DNA of 30,643 nucleotides from Polyangiaceae bacterium (GTDB lineage: Bacteria > Myxococcota_A > Polyangia > Polyangiales > Polyangiaceae), in the NCBI GenBank assembly GCA_044222475.1, contig JBGANF010000099.1, positions 1-30,643 on the forward strand, given 5' to 3'. Below the pieces are notes generated by a model. It was not told the DNA's origin and made no database searches. It was given only the letters and a program-made list of their open reading frames with translations. Position numbers and translations under genes: made by a program. Of the stretch, positions 17,741-25,808 are shown one piece after another (the first letter of the stretch is position 1; each line of letters begins with the position of its first letter).

Positions 17741-17769
17741 AAAAGGCACCGGCGCGCCATCTCGGTGCC
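17741..17769 (-). terminator. Possible intrinsic terminator after the metallophosphatase gene
   Basis: Minus strand reads GGCACCG-(11 nt)-CGGTGCC-TTTT. The loop is long and the U-tract short. Confidence 0.35.
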
Positions 17770-17815
17770 GCAATGTCACAGTCCCGTTGCCGAACGCAGG
17801 GGTGTGGAGAAATTT

Positions 17816-19255
17816 TCAGCGGGTGAGATCGAACGTGTCGATCACGTCGTCTCCGCCGGCGTTCTTGAGTCCGTACGCCTTGAACGCGAGCTTCTTCGGT
17901 TCGAGCGTCATCACGGCGTACACGCCGACGTACGGCGTGGAGCCGCCGAAGCCGACGTTCTTCTCGCGGTACGGCGCCGGCGCGCTCCCCGGCGCATACC
18001 CGCCGGCACCTGCTCCGGCGCACACCACGTACGTCGTTCCGGTGCCGACCGTCGGAGTCGCCGGCGGCGACATCAACGGCTTCGAGCGCTCGTAGTTGTG
18101 GTCGTGGCCGGCGAGCACGAGGTCGACGTGGTACTTGTCGTAGATCGGCACCATCCGATCGCGGAGCTCCTGCACGTCGGAATCCTTGCCGTGGTTCGAC
18201 GTCGAGTAGAGGCCGCGGTGTTGGACGACGATCACGAACGGTCGATTCGCGCGGTTCGCGTCCGCCTTCGCGAGATCGGCGTCGAGAAACGCGAGCTGCG
18301 ATTTTGCTTTGTCGGAGCTCGCGCTCTGGGAAACCGTCTGGTCGTCCCACAAGAGGACGTGGGCGGAGCCGACGTCGAGCGACGAGATCATCTCGCCGTT
18401 GCCGTCGCTCGTGGGCAGCGCGAAGTTCCCGTAGAACTGGCTCGAGCTAGCCTCGTGGTTGCCGGCGACGGGGAGGAAGTACTGCTGGCCGAGCGTGACG
18501 AACTTCGTCTTGTCCTGAGGGTCGAGCCAGATGCCGTCGAGCCAGTCGCGGAACGACGACGCGACGGAGCCGAACATGACCATGTCGCCGCTGAAGAGCT
18601 GCAGCGTCGTGCCGGCGTCGCGCATGCGCATCTGAACGAGCTGGAACACGTTCTTGTCGTCGCGGGCGTCGCCGGAGACGCCGATCGAGATCGTCCCGCC
18701 GGCCGCCGGTGCGGTGGTGAAGCTCTGCGTCTTGCTCCAGACCTCGCTCCCAGCCGCGCCGCCGCCGACTTGGTAGTAGTAGGTCGTCGCCGGGGTGAGG
18801 CCGCAGAGGTGGACCTCGTGCTCGTGGACCGGATCTTCGGTCGTGCCGAACCCGACGGTCGGAGGGGGCGTCGTCCACGAGTAGCCGCCGCGCACGTCGT
18901 TCAGGGCGGCGGCCGACGTGCCGAACCGAACCTTCGCGCCGCGCACGGTTCCGAGCGTCTCCCAGGTGATCGCGGCGGTCGTCGAAGGGTCGGCGGGCGA
19001 CGGGGCGCCGAGCCCGATGCGCACGCGCGCCGGCGTGCCGTCTTGCCCGGCGGGGTAGGCCACCGCTTCGTCGAGCGCGAGATCCTGGAGCCCGAGCGAC
19101 TCCGGAGGTTGGACCGAATAGGTGCAGCCTTGCGGCGTGTACTTGAACCCGGTCGGCGTGGGCGTCGGGTTCTCGGTCGAGCACGCGTTGACGGACGCGA
19201 GCGACACGGCGACGGCGAGGACACCCCACGTGGCGAGCTTCGACTCTGACGACAT
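17816..19255 (-). CDS. Purple-acid-phosphatase-like metallophosphoesterase lipoprotein with FN3-type N-terminal domain
   Basis: Lipobox VNAC; HEVHLCGLTPATTYYYQVG (FN3); GDARD, SGDMV, GNHE, VQHRG, GHDHNYER. Confidence 0.9.
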   Translation of the reverse strand: MSSESKLATWGVLAVAVSLASVNACSTENPTPTPTGFKYTPQGCTYSVQPPESLGLQDLALDEAVAYPAGQDGTPARVRIGLGAPSPADPSTTAAITWETLGTVRGAKVRFGTSAAALNDVRGGYSWTTPPPTVGFGTTEDPVHEHEVHLCGLTPATTYYYQVGGGAAGSEVWSKTQSFTTAPAAGGTISIGVSGDARDDKNVFQLVQMRMRDAGTTLQLFSGDMVMFGSVASSFRDWLDGIWLDPQDKTKFVTLGQQYFLPVAGNHEASSSQFYGNFALPTSDGNGEMISSLDVGSAHVLLWDDQTVSQSASSDKAKSQLAFLDADLAKADANRANRPFVIVVQHRGLYSTSNHGKDSDVQELRDRMVPIYDKYHVDLVLAGHDHNYERSKPLMSPPATPTVGTGTTYVVCAGAGAGGYAPGSAPAPYREKNVGFGGSTPYVGVYAVMTLEPKKLAFKAYGLKNAGGDDVIDTFDLTR

Positions 19256-19294
19256 CGGCGAATCATGCCACGGCCACGCCGGTTTGGCATCGCC

Positions 19295-19891
19295 TCAGAT
19301 GACGCGGAGGCGCAGCACCGGGTACGCGGGGATCGCATCGTCGTGAGCGGGCGTGAAGCCCGCTGCTTCGAACGCGTGCATCGGTCCCATCCACGCCTCT
19401 TCGTCCGAGAGTCGGTGGTCGGCGATGCGTGGGTATGCCTCGATGGTGTGCGCGCCGACGCTGCGGGCGTGGGCCGGCGCGGCCGCGATCAGCGCTCGGG
19501 TGACGCCGCGCTTGCGGTGCGCCGGATCGACGAGGATGCATCCGACGACGAGGACGCCGGGCCCCTCGTCGAGCGCGAGCGCGCGGTAGACCGGGAGCCC
19601 GCGGAGCTTGGGGGGCCGTGGGGCGAGCTTCATCCAACCGACGACGCGAGCCGGATCGTCGGGATCGAGAGCGACGAGCCCGCCTGCCTCCGGCGCGCCG
19701 CTGCGGACGAGCTCGGCTTGCTCGGCGGCGTTCTTCTCCGGGGCGTGGGCGCAGCGCGCGAGCCAGTCGTTCTTGGTGCCCTCGAAGTGCCAGTAGCGGC
19801 AGTGACACGGGCAGCTCGCGCGCACGAAGAGGTCGTCCCAAGCTGGGACGAGCGCGGCCGACAGCGGGACGACGCGGATGGAGGTGCTCAT
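19295..19891 (-). CDS. GNAT-family N-acetyltransferase
   Basis: CILVDPAHRKRGVTRALI acetyl-CoA motif, IEAYP, FEAAGF, N-terminal CPCHCRYW; ATGA overlap with the gatA stop. Confidence 0.88.
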   Translation of the reverse strand: MSTSIRVVPLSAALVPAWDDLFVRASCPCHCRYWHFEGTKNDWLARCAHAPEKNAAEQAELVRSGAPEAGGLVALDPDDPARVVGWMKLAPRPPKLRGLPVYRALALDEGPGVLVVGCILVDPAHRKRGVTRALIAAAPAHARSVGAHTIEAYPRIADHRLSDEEAWMGPMHAFEAAGFTPAHDDAIPAYPVLRLRVI

Positions 19892-21336
19892 CGCGATCGC
19901 GGCTCGCTCGGTGGGACGTCGGACTCGCACGCCGAGGCGAGGGCGAACAGCGTCTCTTCGTCGAGGTGGCGCCCGACCAGCTGCAATCCGACCGGCAGAC
20001 CGTCGGGCGTCGGAGCGCACGGCACGCTGAGCGCCGGGAGGCCCGCGAGGCTCGCGGGCAACGTGTAGACGTCGGAGAGGTACATCGCGAGCGGATCCTT
20101 CGTGCGCTCTCCGAGGAGGAACGCGGGCGTCGGTGACGTGGGGCACGCGATCGCGTCGACGTCGGCGAACGCGGCATCGAAATCGCGCGCGACCAGCGTG
20201 CGGACCCGCTGCGCCTTCTCGTAGTAGGCCTCGTAGTAGCCGGCGGAGAGGACGAACGTCCCGAGGAGGATGCGCCTCTTCACCTCGCGACCGAGCCCCT
20301 GGCCTCGCGTCTTGCGGTACAGCGCGCCGAGATCCTCGGCGCCTGCGGCGCGGGCGCCGTAGCGAACGCCGTCGAAGCGGGACAGGTTGCTCGAGGCCTC
20401 GGCGGTGGCGATCACGTAGTACGTCGCCGTCGCGTGGGCGGTGTGCGGGAGGCGGATCGACCGAGTGGTGCAGCCGCGACGCTCGAGAGCGGCGATCGCC
20501 GCGCGCACCGACGCAGCCACGACGGGATCGAGCCCTGCCGCGAAGTACTCCTCCGGGATCCCGATGCGAAGCCCGGCGACGTCGCGCGTGCACGCTGCCT
20601 CGAAGTCGGGCACGGCGGCGGCGAGCGAGGTCGCGTCGCGCGCGTCGGCTCCGGCGATCACCGACAGGATGCGCGCCGCGCCGCGCACGGTCGTCGCGAA
20701 CGGACCGATCTGATCGAGGCTCGACGCGAACGCGACGAGCCCAAAACGGGACACGCGCCCGTACGTCGGTTTCACGCCGACGACTCCGGTGAACGCTGCG
20801 GGTTGACGGATCGATCCACCGGTGTCGCTCCCGAGCGCGCCCGGTGCCATGCGCGTCGCGACCGAGGCCGCGCTGCCGCCGGACGAGCCGCCGGGGGCGC
20901 GCGCGAGGTCCCATGGGTTCCGCGTGGGGCCGAAGCCGCTGTTCTCGTTCGACGAGCCCATCGCGAACTCGTCCATGTTGGTCTTGCCGACGAAGACGGC
21001 GTCCGCCTCGCGAAGGCGCGCGACGACCGTCGCGTCGTACGGAGGAACGTACCCTTCGAGGACGCGCGAGCCGGCGGTGGTCGGTACGCCTCGCGTCGAG
21101 ATCGCGTCCTTGAGCGCGATCGGAACGCCCGCGAGCTTGCCGAGGGACTCGCCTCGCGCCCGCTTCTCGTCGACTCGCCGCGCCTGATCGAGGACGTCGC
21201 CCTGGCGATGGAGGAACGCGGACACCTTCGGCTCCCACGTTTCGATCCGCGCGAGCGCCTCGGTCGCGATCGAGATCGCGGTGCGCCGTCCGGCGCGAAC
21301 GTCGTCGGCGATCTGGGCGACGCAGGTGGGGTCCAT
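19888..21336 (-). CDS. gatA: Asp/Glu-tRNA amidotransferase subunit A
   Basis: GVPIALKD, GKTNMDEFAMGSSNE, GGSSGGS, GSDTGGSIRQPA, SSNLSRFDGVRYG, EVKRRILLGTFVLSAGYY. Confidence 0.97.
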   Translation of the reverse strand: MDPTCVAQIADDVRAGRRTAISIATEALARIETWEPKVSAFLHRQGDVLDQARRVDEKRARGESLGKLAGVPIALKDAISTRGVPTTAGSRVLEGYVPPYDATVVARLREADAVFVGKTNMDEFAMGSSNENSGFGPTRNPWDLARAPGGSSGGSAASVATRMAPGALGSDTGGSIRQPAAFTGVVGVKPTYGRVSRFGLVAFASSLDQIGPFATTVRGAARILSVIAGADARDATSLAAAVPDFEAACTRDVAGLRIGIPEEYFAAGLDPVVAASVRAAIAALERRGCTTRSIRLPHTAHATATYYVIATAEASSNLSRFDGVRYGARAAGAEDLGALYRKTRGQGLGREVKRRILLGTFVLSAGYYEAYYEKAQRVRTLVARDFDAAFADVDAIACPTSPTPAFLLGERTKDPLAMYLSDVYTLPASLAGLPALSVPCAPTPDGLPVGLQLVGRHLDEETLFALASACESDVPPSEPRSR

Positions 21337-21629
21337 CAACTCCCCACGAACGTCGGCACGGAGAACCCACCCTCGGCCGACGCGGGCGCGTTCGCGAGGG
21401 CCTCGTCGTGGGAGAGCCCCTCGCGAGGGACGTCTTCGCGGAGGGCGACCCGCGCCGCCGTCTCGACGGTGGTCATCGGAGGCACGCCTTCGGTCGGGAC
21501 CGCCTGGAGCTGCTCGACGTACCGGACGATCGCCTCGAGATCGGCCGAAAGCGTGGCGCTCTCGGCTTCGTCGAGCTCGATCGCGGCGAGACCTGCGAGG
21601 TGGTTCAGCGAGGGGAGGGGGGTGCTCAT
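21336..21629 (-). CDS. gatC: Asp/Glu-tRNA amidotransferase subunit C
   Basis: HLAGLAAIEL..IVRYVEQL..EGVPP..LREDVP..ALANAP..FSVP; stop overlaps the gatA start. Confidence 0.92.
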   Translation of the reverse strand: MSTPLPSLNHLAGLAAIELDEAESATLSADLEAIVRYVEQLQAVPTEGVPPMTTVETAARVALREDVPREGLSHDEALANAPASAEGGFSVPTFVGS

Positions 21630-21674
21630 TTCCGATTCCGAAACCAAGCGCCGCGGCGCGCGTATCTTGAGGTC

Positions 21675-22133
21675 ATGAAGAGAGCCGCTTTTTTTGCCGT
21701 CCTCGCTGGGTCGCTCGTGGTCGTCGCCTGCTCTGGCGGGAACGACGATCCGAACGGCGCGGCGCAGCTATGGGCGAAGATCCACGCCGACGATTACCAC
21801 AAGTTCGCCCGCGCTCCGGGGTACCCGGGCAAAGTGTCGTCCTCCGCCCCTCACGGCGACCAGGTCGAGATCTTCGTGAACCCGACGCTTCAGGCCGCGC
21901 TCGACGCGAAGGTCCCGATCAAGGCGTGGCCGGACGGGTCGCTCATCGTCAAAGACGGGTTCAAGAGCGGCAACTTCAAGCTCGTCGCGGTCATGGAGAA
22001 GCGGGGGGCCGCTTGGTACTGGGCCGAGTACGAGGCCGACGGCACCGTGGACTACTCCGGCTCCCCGAGCGTGTGCACCGACTGCCATCAGGGCTCGAAC
22101 GACTTCGTGCGGGCGTTTCCCCTGCCGAAGTGA
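21675..22133 (+). CDS. Cytochrome P460-family lipoprotein
   Basis: Lipobox VVAC; WPDGSLIVKDG, VAVMEK, WYWAEY and C-terminal CTDCH heme motif followed by DFV. Confidence 0.82.
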   Translation: MKRAAFFAVLAGSLVVVACSGGNDDPNGAAQLWAKIHADDYHKFARAPGYPGKVSSSAPHGDQVEIFVNPTLQAALDAKVPIKAWPDGSLIVKDGFKSGNFKLVAVMEKRGAAWYWAEYEADGTVDYSGSPSVCTDCHQGSNDFVRAFPLPK

Positions 22134-22155
22134 ACGAGCTACGCTGAACGGGTCG

Positions 22156-23109
22156 ATGCGTCGCGTCTGGCCCGCCGTCTTCGTCTCCATCGCGCTGGGG
22201 GGGTGCTCGCTCGTGACCGATTTCGATCGGTTGCGCGGCGACGGCGCCGCGAACGACGCCGGATCCGACGTACCAACTTGGGATGTCGACGCCGCGGTCG
22301 ACGCACCGAAGGACGCCCCCTCCGAGGCCGACGCCGCGCCGTGCGATCGGACGAAACCCTTCGGCGTGCCGGTGGCCATCGCCGGTCTCTCGCACGACGA
22401 CCGCAACGAGGAGCTCGCGCGCTTCTCGCCCGATCTGCTCACGGCGTGGGTCCTCGTCCGAACCCCCGGGATCAACGGCGTCACCGCCGCGATCGTCGAG
22501 CTGACCCGCGCGACGACCAGCGCCGCGTTCGGCGGCGAGACCGACCTCGGGATCGCATCGAACGCCCTCGGGACCACCGGCACGTCGGGACACTTCGGGA
22601 TCAGCGCCGACCGGCTTCGCCTCGTCCACCAGACGCCCCTCGGCAAGCTCGTCGACTGCGTGCGCGGCTCGACGTCGGTCTCGTTCAGCGGCTGCACGAC
22701 CCTCGCGCCCGACGCGACGACGCCGTTCCTGTCGGCCTCGGGGAAGCGCCTCACCGCGGTCGCCAGCTTGGCGAACGGCTTCCTCGCCCCGGCGACGCTG
22801 GATTGGTTCGCGAACGCGTGGACCGCGCCGGTGAAGATCGCCGAGCTCGACGTGTACGGGAGCCCCACTGCGCTGTCGCACCCCGCGCTGACGACCGACG
22901 AGAAGACGATCGTCTACGACGTCGGGGATCAGATGTGGATCGCGCGCGTGCAGAACGGGGTCTTCGGCCCGCCGGAGAAGCTCGGCGGCCTGTCGGCCCA
23001 GAGCTCCGAGACTCACCCGTCGTGGATCTCGGACGACGAGTGCACGCTCGCGCTCGTGAGCAACCGCATCGGCTCGATGGACGTCTTCCTAGCGGTCCGA
23101 CCCAAGTAG
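22156..23109 (+). CDS. Lipoprotein with PD40/WD40-like beta-propeller repeats
   Basis: Lipobox LGGC; repeats such as FSPDLLT, ISADRLRL, PALTTDEKTI, PSWISDDECTL..SNR. Confidence 0.75.
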   Translation: MRRVWPAVFVSIALGGCSLVTDFDRLRGDGAANDAGSDVPTWDVDAAVDAPKDAPSEADAAPCDRTKPFGVPVAIAGLSHDDRNEELARFSPDLLTAWVLVRTPGINGVTAAIVELTRATTSAAFGGETDLGIASNALGTTGTSGHFGISADRLRLVHQTPLGKLVDCVRGSTSVSFSGCTTLAPDATTPFLSASGKRLTAVASLANGFLAPATLDWFANAWTAPVKIAELDVYGSPTALSHPALTTDEKTIVYDVGDQMWIARVQNGVFGPPEKLGGLSAQSSETHPSWISDDECTLALVSNRIGSMDVFLAVRPK

Positions 23110-23271
23110 CGCGTCGGACGCGCCGGCGTCCGCGGCGCCGGGCGCGCCCGAGGGCGGCGGCTCGTCCTCGTACTCCGGCGGCGGCCCCTTCGGCAGCGGC
23201 TTGGGGCCGCTGCACGCCGCCACGCCGAGCATGAGTCCGAGGGCCACGAGGATCGTCTTCGGCATCGCCAT
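23089..23271 (-). CDS. Small Pro-rich lipoprotein (60 aa)
   Basis: [40 protein letters not shown]...; lipobox VAAC; TAAGGT 7 nt upstream; 3' end overlaps the neighbouring gene by 21 nt. Confidence 0.7.
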   Translation of the reverse strand: MAMPKTILVALGLMLGVAACSGPKPLPKGPPPEYEDEPPPSGAPGAADAGASDALLGSDR

Positions 23272-23305
23272 CGCGGGCACCTTAAGCCAAAAACCGCCGT
23301 ATCCC

Positions 23306-23333
23306 TTGACGAAACGGCGGCGGTACGTATTCT
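23306..23333 (+). promoter_or_regulatory. Sigma70-type promoter of rpsB-tsf
   Basis: TTGACG at 23306-23311, 16-bp spacer, TATTCT at 23328-23333, GC-rich discriminator CCGCGTCCC. Confidence 0.7.
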
Positions 23334-23344
23334 CCGCGTCCCTC

Positions 23345-23441
23345 AAACAATCCACACACCCTTCTGCGCAAACCGCGGGCCCGGTGCAAAATCGTTTCAA
23401 ACGAAGTTGCTGGTCCACGGAGAAGGGTGGAGGCCCAACCG
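23345..23441 (+). ncRNA. t44 / rpsB leader RNA
   Basis: ACACACCCTTCT..CCGGTGC..AGAAGGGTGGAGGCCCAACC with CACCCTTCT/AGAAGGGTG pairing, directly upstream of rpsB, matching the recalled t44 pattern. Confidence 0.8.
23392..23404. repeat. Palindrome copy 1, TCGTTTCAAACGA
   Basis: Exact match to TCGTTTNAAACGA, inside the rpsB leader. Confidence 0.85.
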
Positions 23442-23457
23442 AAAGGAACCAGCGCTC

Positions 23458-24330
23458 ATGACTCAGTCCATTGAAACGACGGCCCAAGGCCTGCCCAAGC
23501 TCGGCGGAGACCTGCCGCTTCCCATCAAGACGCTCCTCGACGCGGGCGTCCACTTCGGCCACCAGACCAAGCGCTGGAACCCGAAGATGCGCACGTACAT
23601 CTACGGCTCGCGCAACGGGATCCACATCATCGACCTCGATCAGACGGCTCGTCTGTTCGCGCGCGCGTTCAACTTCATCCAGGAGACGGTCGCTCGCGGC
23701 GGTCACCTCCTCTTCATCGGTACCAAGCGCCAGGCGCAGGAGATCGTTCAAGAGGAAGCGGCGCGTTCGAACTCGTTCTACGTCGTCAACCGCTGGCTCG
23801 GCGGCACGCTCACCAACTTCCGCACCATCAAGCAGGGTCTGGAGCGCATGCGCCAGCTCGAGCGCATGAAGGACGACGGCACGTACCTCCAGCTCCCGAA
23901 GAAGGAGGTCTCGCGCCTCGAGAAGGAGCGCGAGCGCTTCGAGAAGTACGTCGGCGGCCTCAAGAACATGGGCGCCCTCCCGGCCGCGGTCTTCATCATC
24001 GACCCGTCGATGGAGACGATCGCCGTGCAGGAAGCCAAGAAGCTCGGCATCCCGATCATCGCGATCACGGACACCAACTGCGATCCGGACGTCATCGACT
24101 ACGTCATCCCGGGCAACGACGACGCGATCCGCAGCATCAAGCTCATCACGTCGCGCGTCGCCGACGCCGTCGTCGAAGGCGCGCAGCGCCGCAAGGAAGC
24201 TCCCGCGCGCGACGAGCGCAGCGGTGGCGCACCCCAAGCCGACGTCTACCGCGCCCGCGGTGGCGATCGCGCCGAGGCTCCGGCGCCTGCTGGCGCCGAC
24301 GCCCCGGCGACGCCCGAGACGACCAACTGA
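23458..24330 (+). CDS. rpsB: 30S ribosomal protein S2
   Basis: [52 protein letters not shown] upstream of ATG 23458. Confidence 0.98.
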   Translation: MTQSIETTAQGLPKLGGDLPLPIKTLLDAGVHFGHQTKRWNPKMRTYIYGSRNGIHIIDLDQTARLFARAFNFIQETVARGGHLLFIGTKRQAQEIVQEEAARSNSFYVVNRWLGGTLTNFRTIKQGLERMRQLERMKDDGTYLQLPKKEVSRLEKERERFEKYVGGLKNMGALPAAVFIIDPSMETIAVQEAKKLGIPIIAITDTNCDPDVIDYVIPGNDDAIRSIKLITSRVADAVVEGAQRRKEAPARDERSGGAPQADVYRARGGDRAEAPAPAGADAPATPETTN

Positions 24331-24340
24331 GGAGCACGCC

Positions 24341-25285
24341 ATGGCTGAGATCAATGCATCGATGATCAAGGAGCTCCGCGAGCGGACTCAGGCTGGGATG
24401 AGCGACTGCAAGAACGCGCTCGTCGAGGCCGGTGGCGACATGGAAAAGGCCGTCGAGGTGATCCTCAAGAAGGGGATCGTCAAGGCGGCGGCGCGCGCCG
24501 GGAAGGTCGCGGCCGAGGGTGAGGTCCGCACGCTCGTCTCGGGCAAGCGTGGCACCATCATCGAGGTCAACTGCCAGACCGACTTCGTCGCTCGTGGCGA
24601 TCAGTTCCGCGACTTCGTCGGCAAGGTCCTCGACGTCGCGAGCAAGCTCGACAAGGGCGCGGACATCGGCGCGGCGAAGTTCCCCGGCACCGATCAGACG
24701 GTCGACTTCGTTCGCGCGGAGATGGTCGCCAAGACCGGCGAGAACACCGTCATCCGCCGGTGGGACATGCTCGTCTGCAACGAAGCGGGCGGGATCGTCC
24801 ACTCGTACATCCACGCGGGCGGGAAGCTCGCCGTCCTCGTCGAGGCGCACGCGCCGAACGACGCGGCGGCCAAGAACCCGGAGTTCGTCGACTTCGTCGA
24901 CAACTGCGCGATGCAGATCGCCGCGATGAGCCCGCTCGTCGTCAGCAAGGACAAGGTCTCCAAGGCCGACATCGACAAGCAGCGCGAGATCTTCCAGGCG
25001 CAGATGCAGGAAGAGAAAGCCGCGGGCACGCTCAAGGCGCCCGAGGCCGCGTGGCCCAAGATCCTCGACGGCAAGATCGAGAAGTGGTTCACCGAGATCA
25101 CGCTCCTCGGTCAGGACAGCGTCACGACCCCGGGCAGCTCGGTCGACAAGCTCCGCCAGGAGCTCGGCAAGAAGCTCGGCGGCGACGTCGTCATCAAGCA
25201 GTTCCTCCGCTTCGGCGTCGGGGACGGCATCGTGGTGGCGAAGGACGACCTCGCGGCGGAAGTCGCGAAGATGACCGCCAGCTGA
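24341..25285 (+). CDS. tsf: Elongation factor Ts
   Basis: IKELRERTQAGMSDCKNAL, AAEG, EVNCQTDFVA, SYIH, AMQIAAMSP, FLRFGVGDGI; GAGGAG RBS. Confidence 0.97.
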   Translation: MAEINASMIKELRERTQAGMSDCKNALVEAGGDMEKAVEVILKKGIVKAAARAGKVAAEGEVRTLVSGKRGTIIEVNCQTDFVARGDQFRDFVGKVLDVASKLDKGADIGAAKFPGTDQTVDFVRAEMVAKTGENTVIRRWDMLVCNEAGGIVHSYIHAGGKLAVLVEAHAPNDAAAKNPEFVDFVDNCAMQIAAMSPLVVSKDKVSKADIDKQREIFQAQMQEEKAAGTLKAPEAAWPKILDGKIEKWFTEITLLGQDSVTTPGSSVDKLRQELGKKLGGDVVIKQFLRFGVGDGIVVAKDDLAAEVAKMTAS

Positions 25286-25286
25286 T

Positions 25287-25299
25287 TCGTTTGGAACGA
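25287..25299. repeat. Palindrome copy 2, TCGTTTGGAACGA (1 mismatch)
   Basis: Begins 2 nt after the tsf stop; flanks extend it to TTCGTTTGGAACGAA. Confidence 0.8.
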
Positions 25300-25743
25300 A
25301 GTCTGGAGGGGGCGCTGCGGGACCTGACCCAAGGAATCCCGGGGGGGAACGACGCCCATCCGACGGGCACGGGCGAGCTGGACAACGGTCGAGTTCGGCA
25401 CCTCCTCGCAGCTGCCGCCTTCCAATGCGTCCGTGATCTCCCACCGAAAGAGGCGTTCGACGCCCTCTCCAGTTTCGTCGCGACCGCGCGCTCCGGCGAT
25501 TGGTTCGAAACCCGGCGCGCAGAGCTGTTGCTCGAGATGCTGCTCTACCAGACGGGATGGAGCGAGTGCTCGACGTGGAATGCGAGTCGCGAGACTGAGC
25601 TGCGCCTCCAGCGGAAACGGCCCGACCAGCGCTGGCTCGACGTCTGCCGCCACGTTCCCCTCGCTCCCCCAGGCTCGGAGAGGCTTCGCGACCTCGCCAA
25701 GCAGCTCGGTGAACGCCTGCGGTCCATGCGCGCCGGTGAGTAA
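25291..25743 (+). CDS. Orphan hypothetical protein (about 150 aa; start uncertain)
   Basis: Open frame filling the gap after tsf (LERSLEGALRDL..LGERLRSMRAGE). TTG start lies inside palindrome copy 2; no clear RBS; codon usage looks less GC3-biased than neighbours by eye. Confidence 0.4.
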   Translation: MERSLEGALRDLTQGIPGGNDAHPTGTGELDNGRVRHLLAAAAFQCVRDLPPKEAFDALSSFVATARSGDWFETRRAELLLEMLLYQTGWSECSTWNASRETELRLQRKRPDQRWLDVCRHVPLAPPGSERLRDLAKQLGERLRSMRAGE

Positions 25744-25745
25744 GG

Positions 25746-25779
25746 TCGTTTAAAACGAAACATGATTCGTTTAAAACGA
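25746..25779. repeat. Tandem palindrome copies 3 and 4, TCGTTTAAAACGA, 21-bp period
   Basis: Identical 13-mers at 25746-25758 and 25767-25779 in an AT-rich intergenic patch. Confidence 0.92.
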
Positions 25780-25808
25780 GAATGAGCCCTTGGGCTATAG
25801 TGTGTCGC

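Noticed and set aside
17763..17791. Pho box upstream of DUF47-PiT (TGTCACA at 17774-17780)
   Set aside because: Only one half-site; no second repeat at 11-bp spacing.
24760..25743. Programmed frameshift extending EF-Ts into the orphan ORF
   Set aside because: EF-Ts ends normally (DLAAEVAKM..) and I see no slippery sequence; open alternate frames are common at this GC content.
25746..25779. Mini-CRISPR array from the repeated GTTT..AAAC motif
   Set aside because: Repeats are only 13 bp with an 8-bp gap, the other copies are irregularly spaced, and no cas genes are present.
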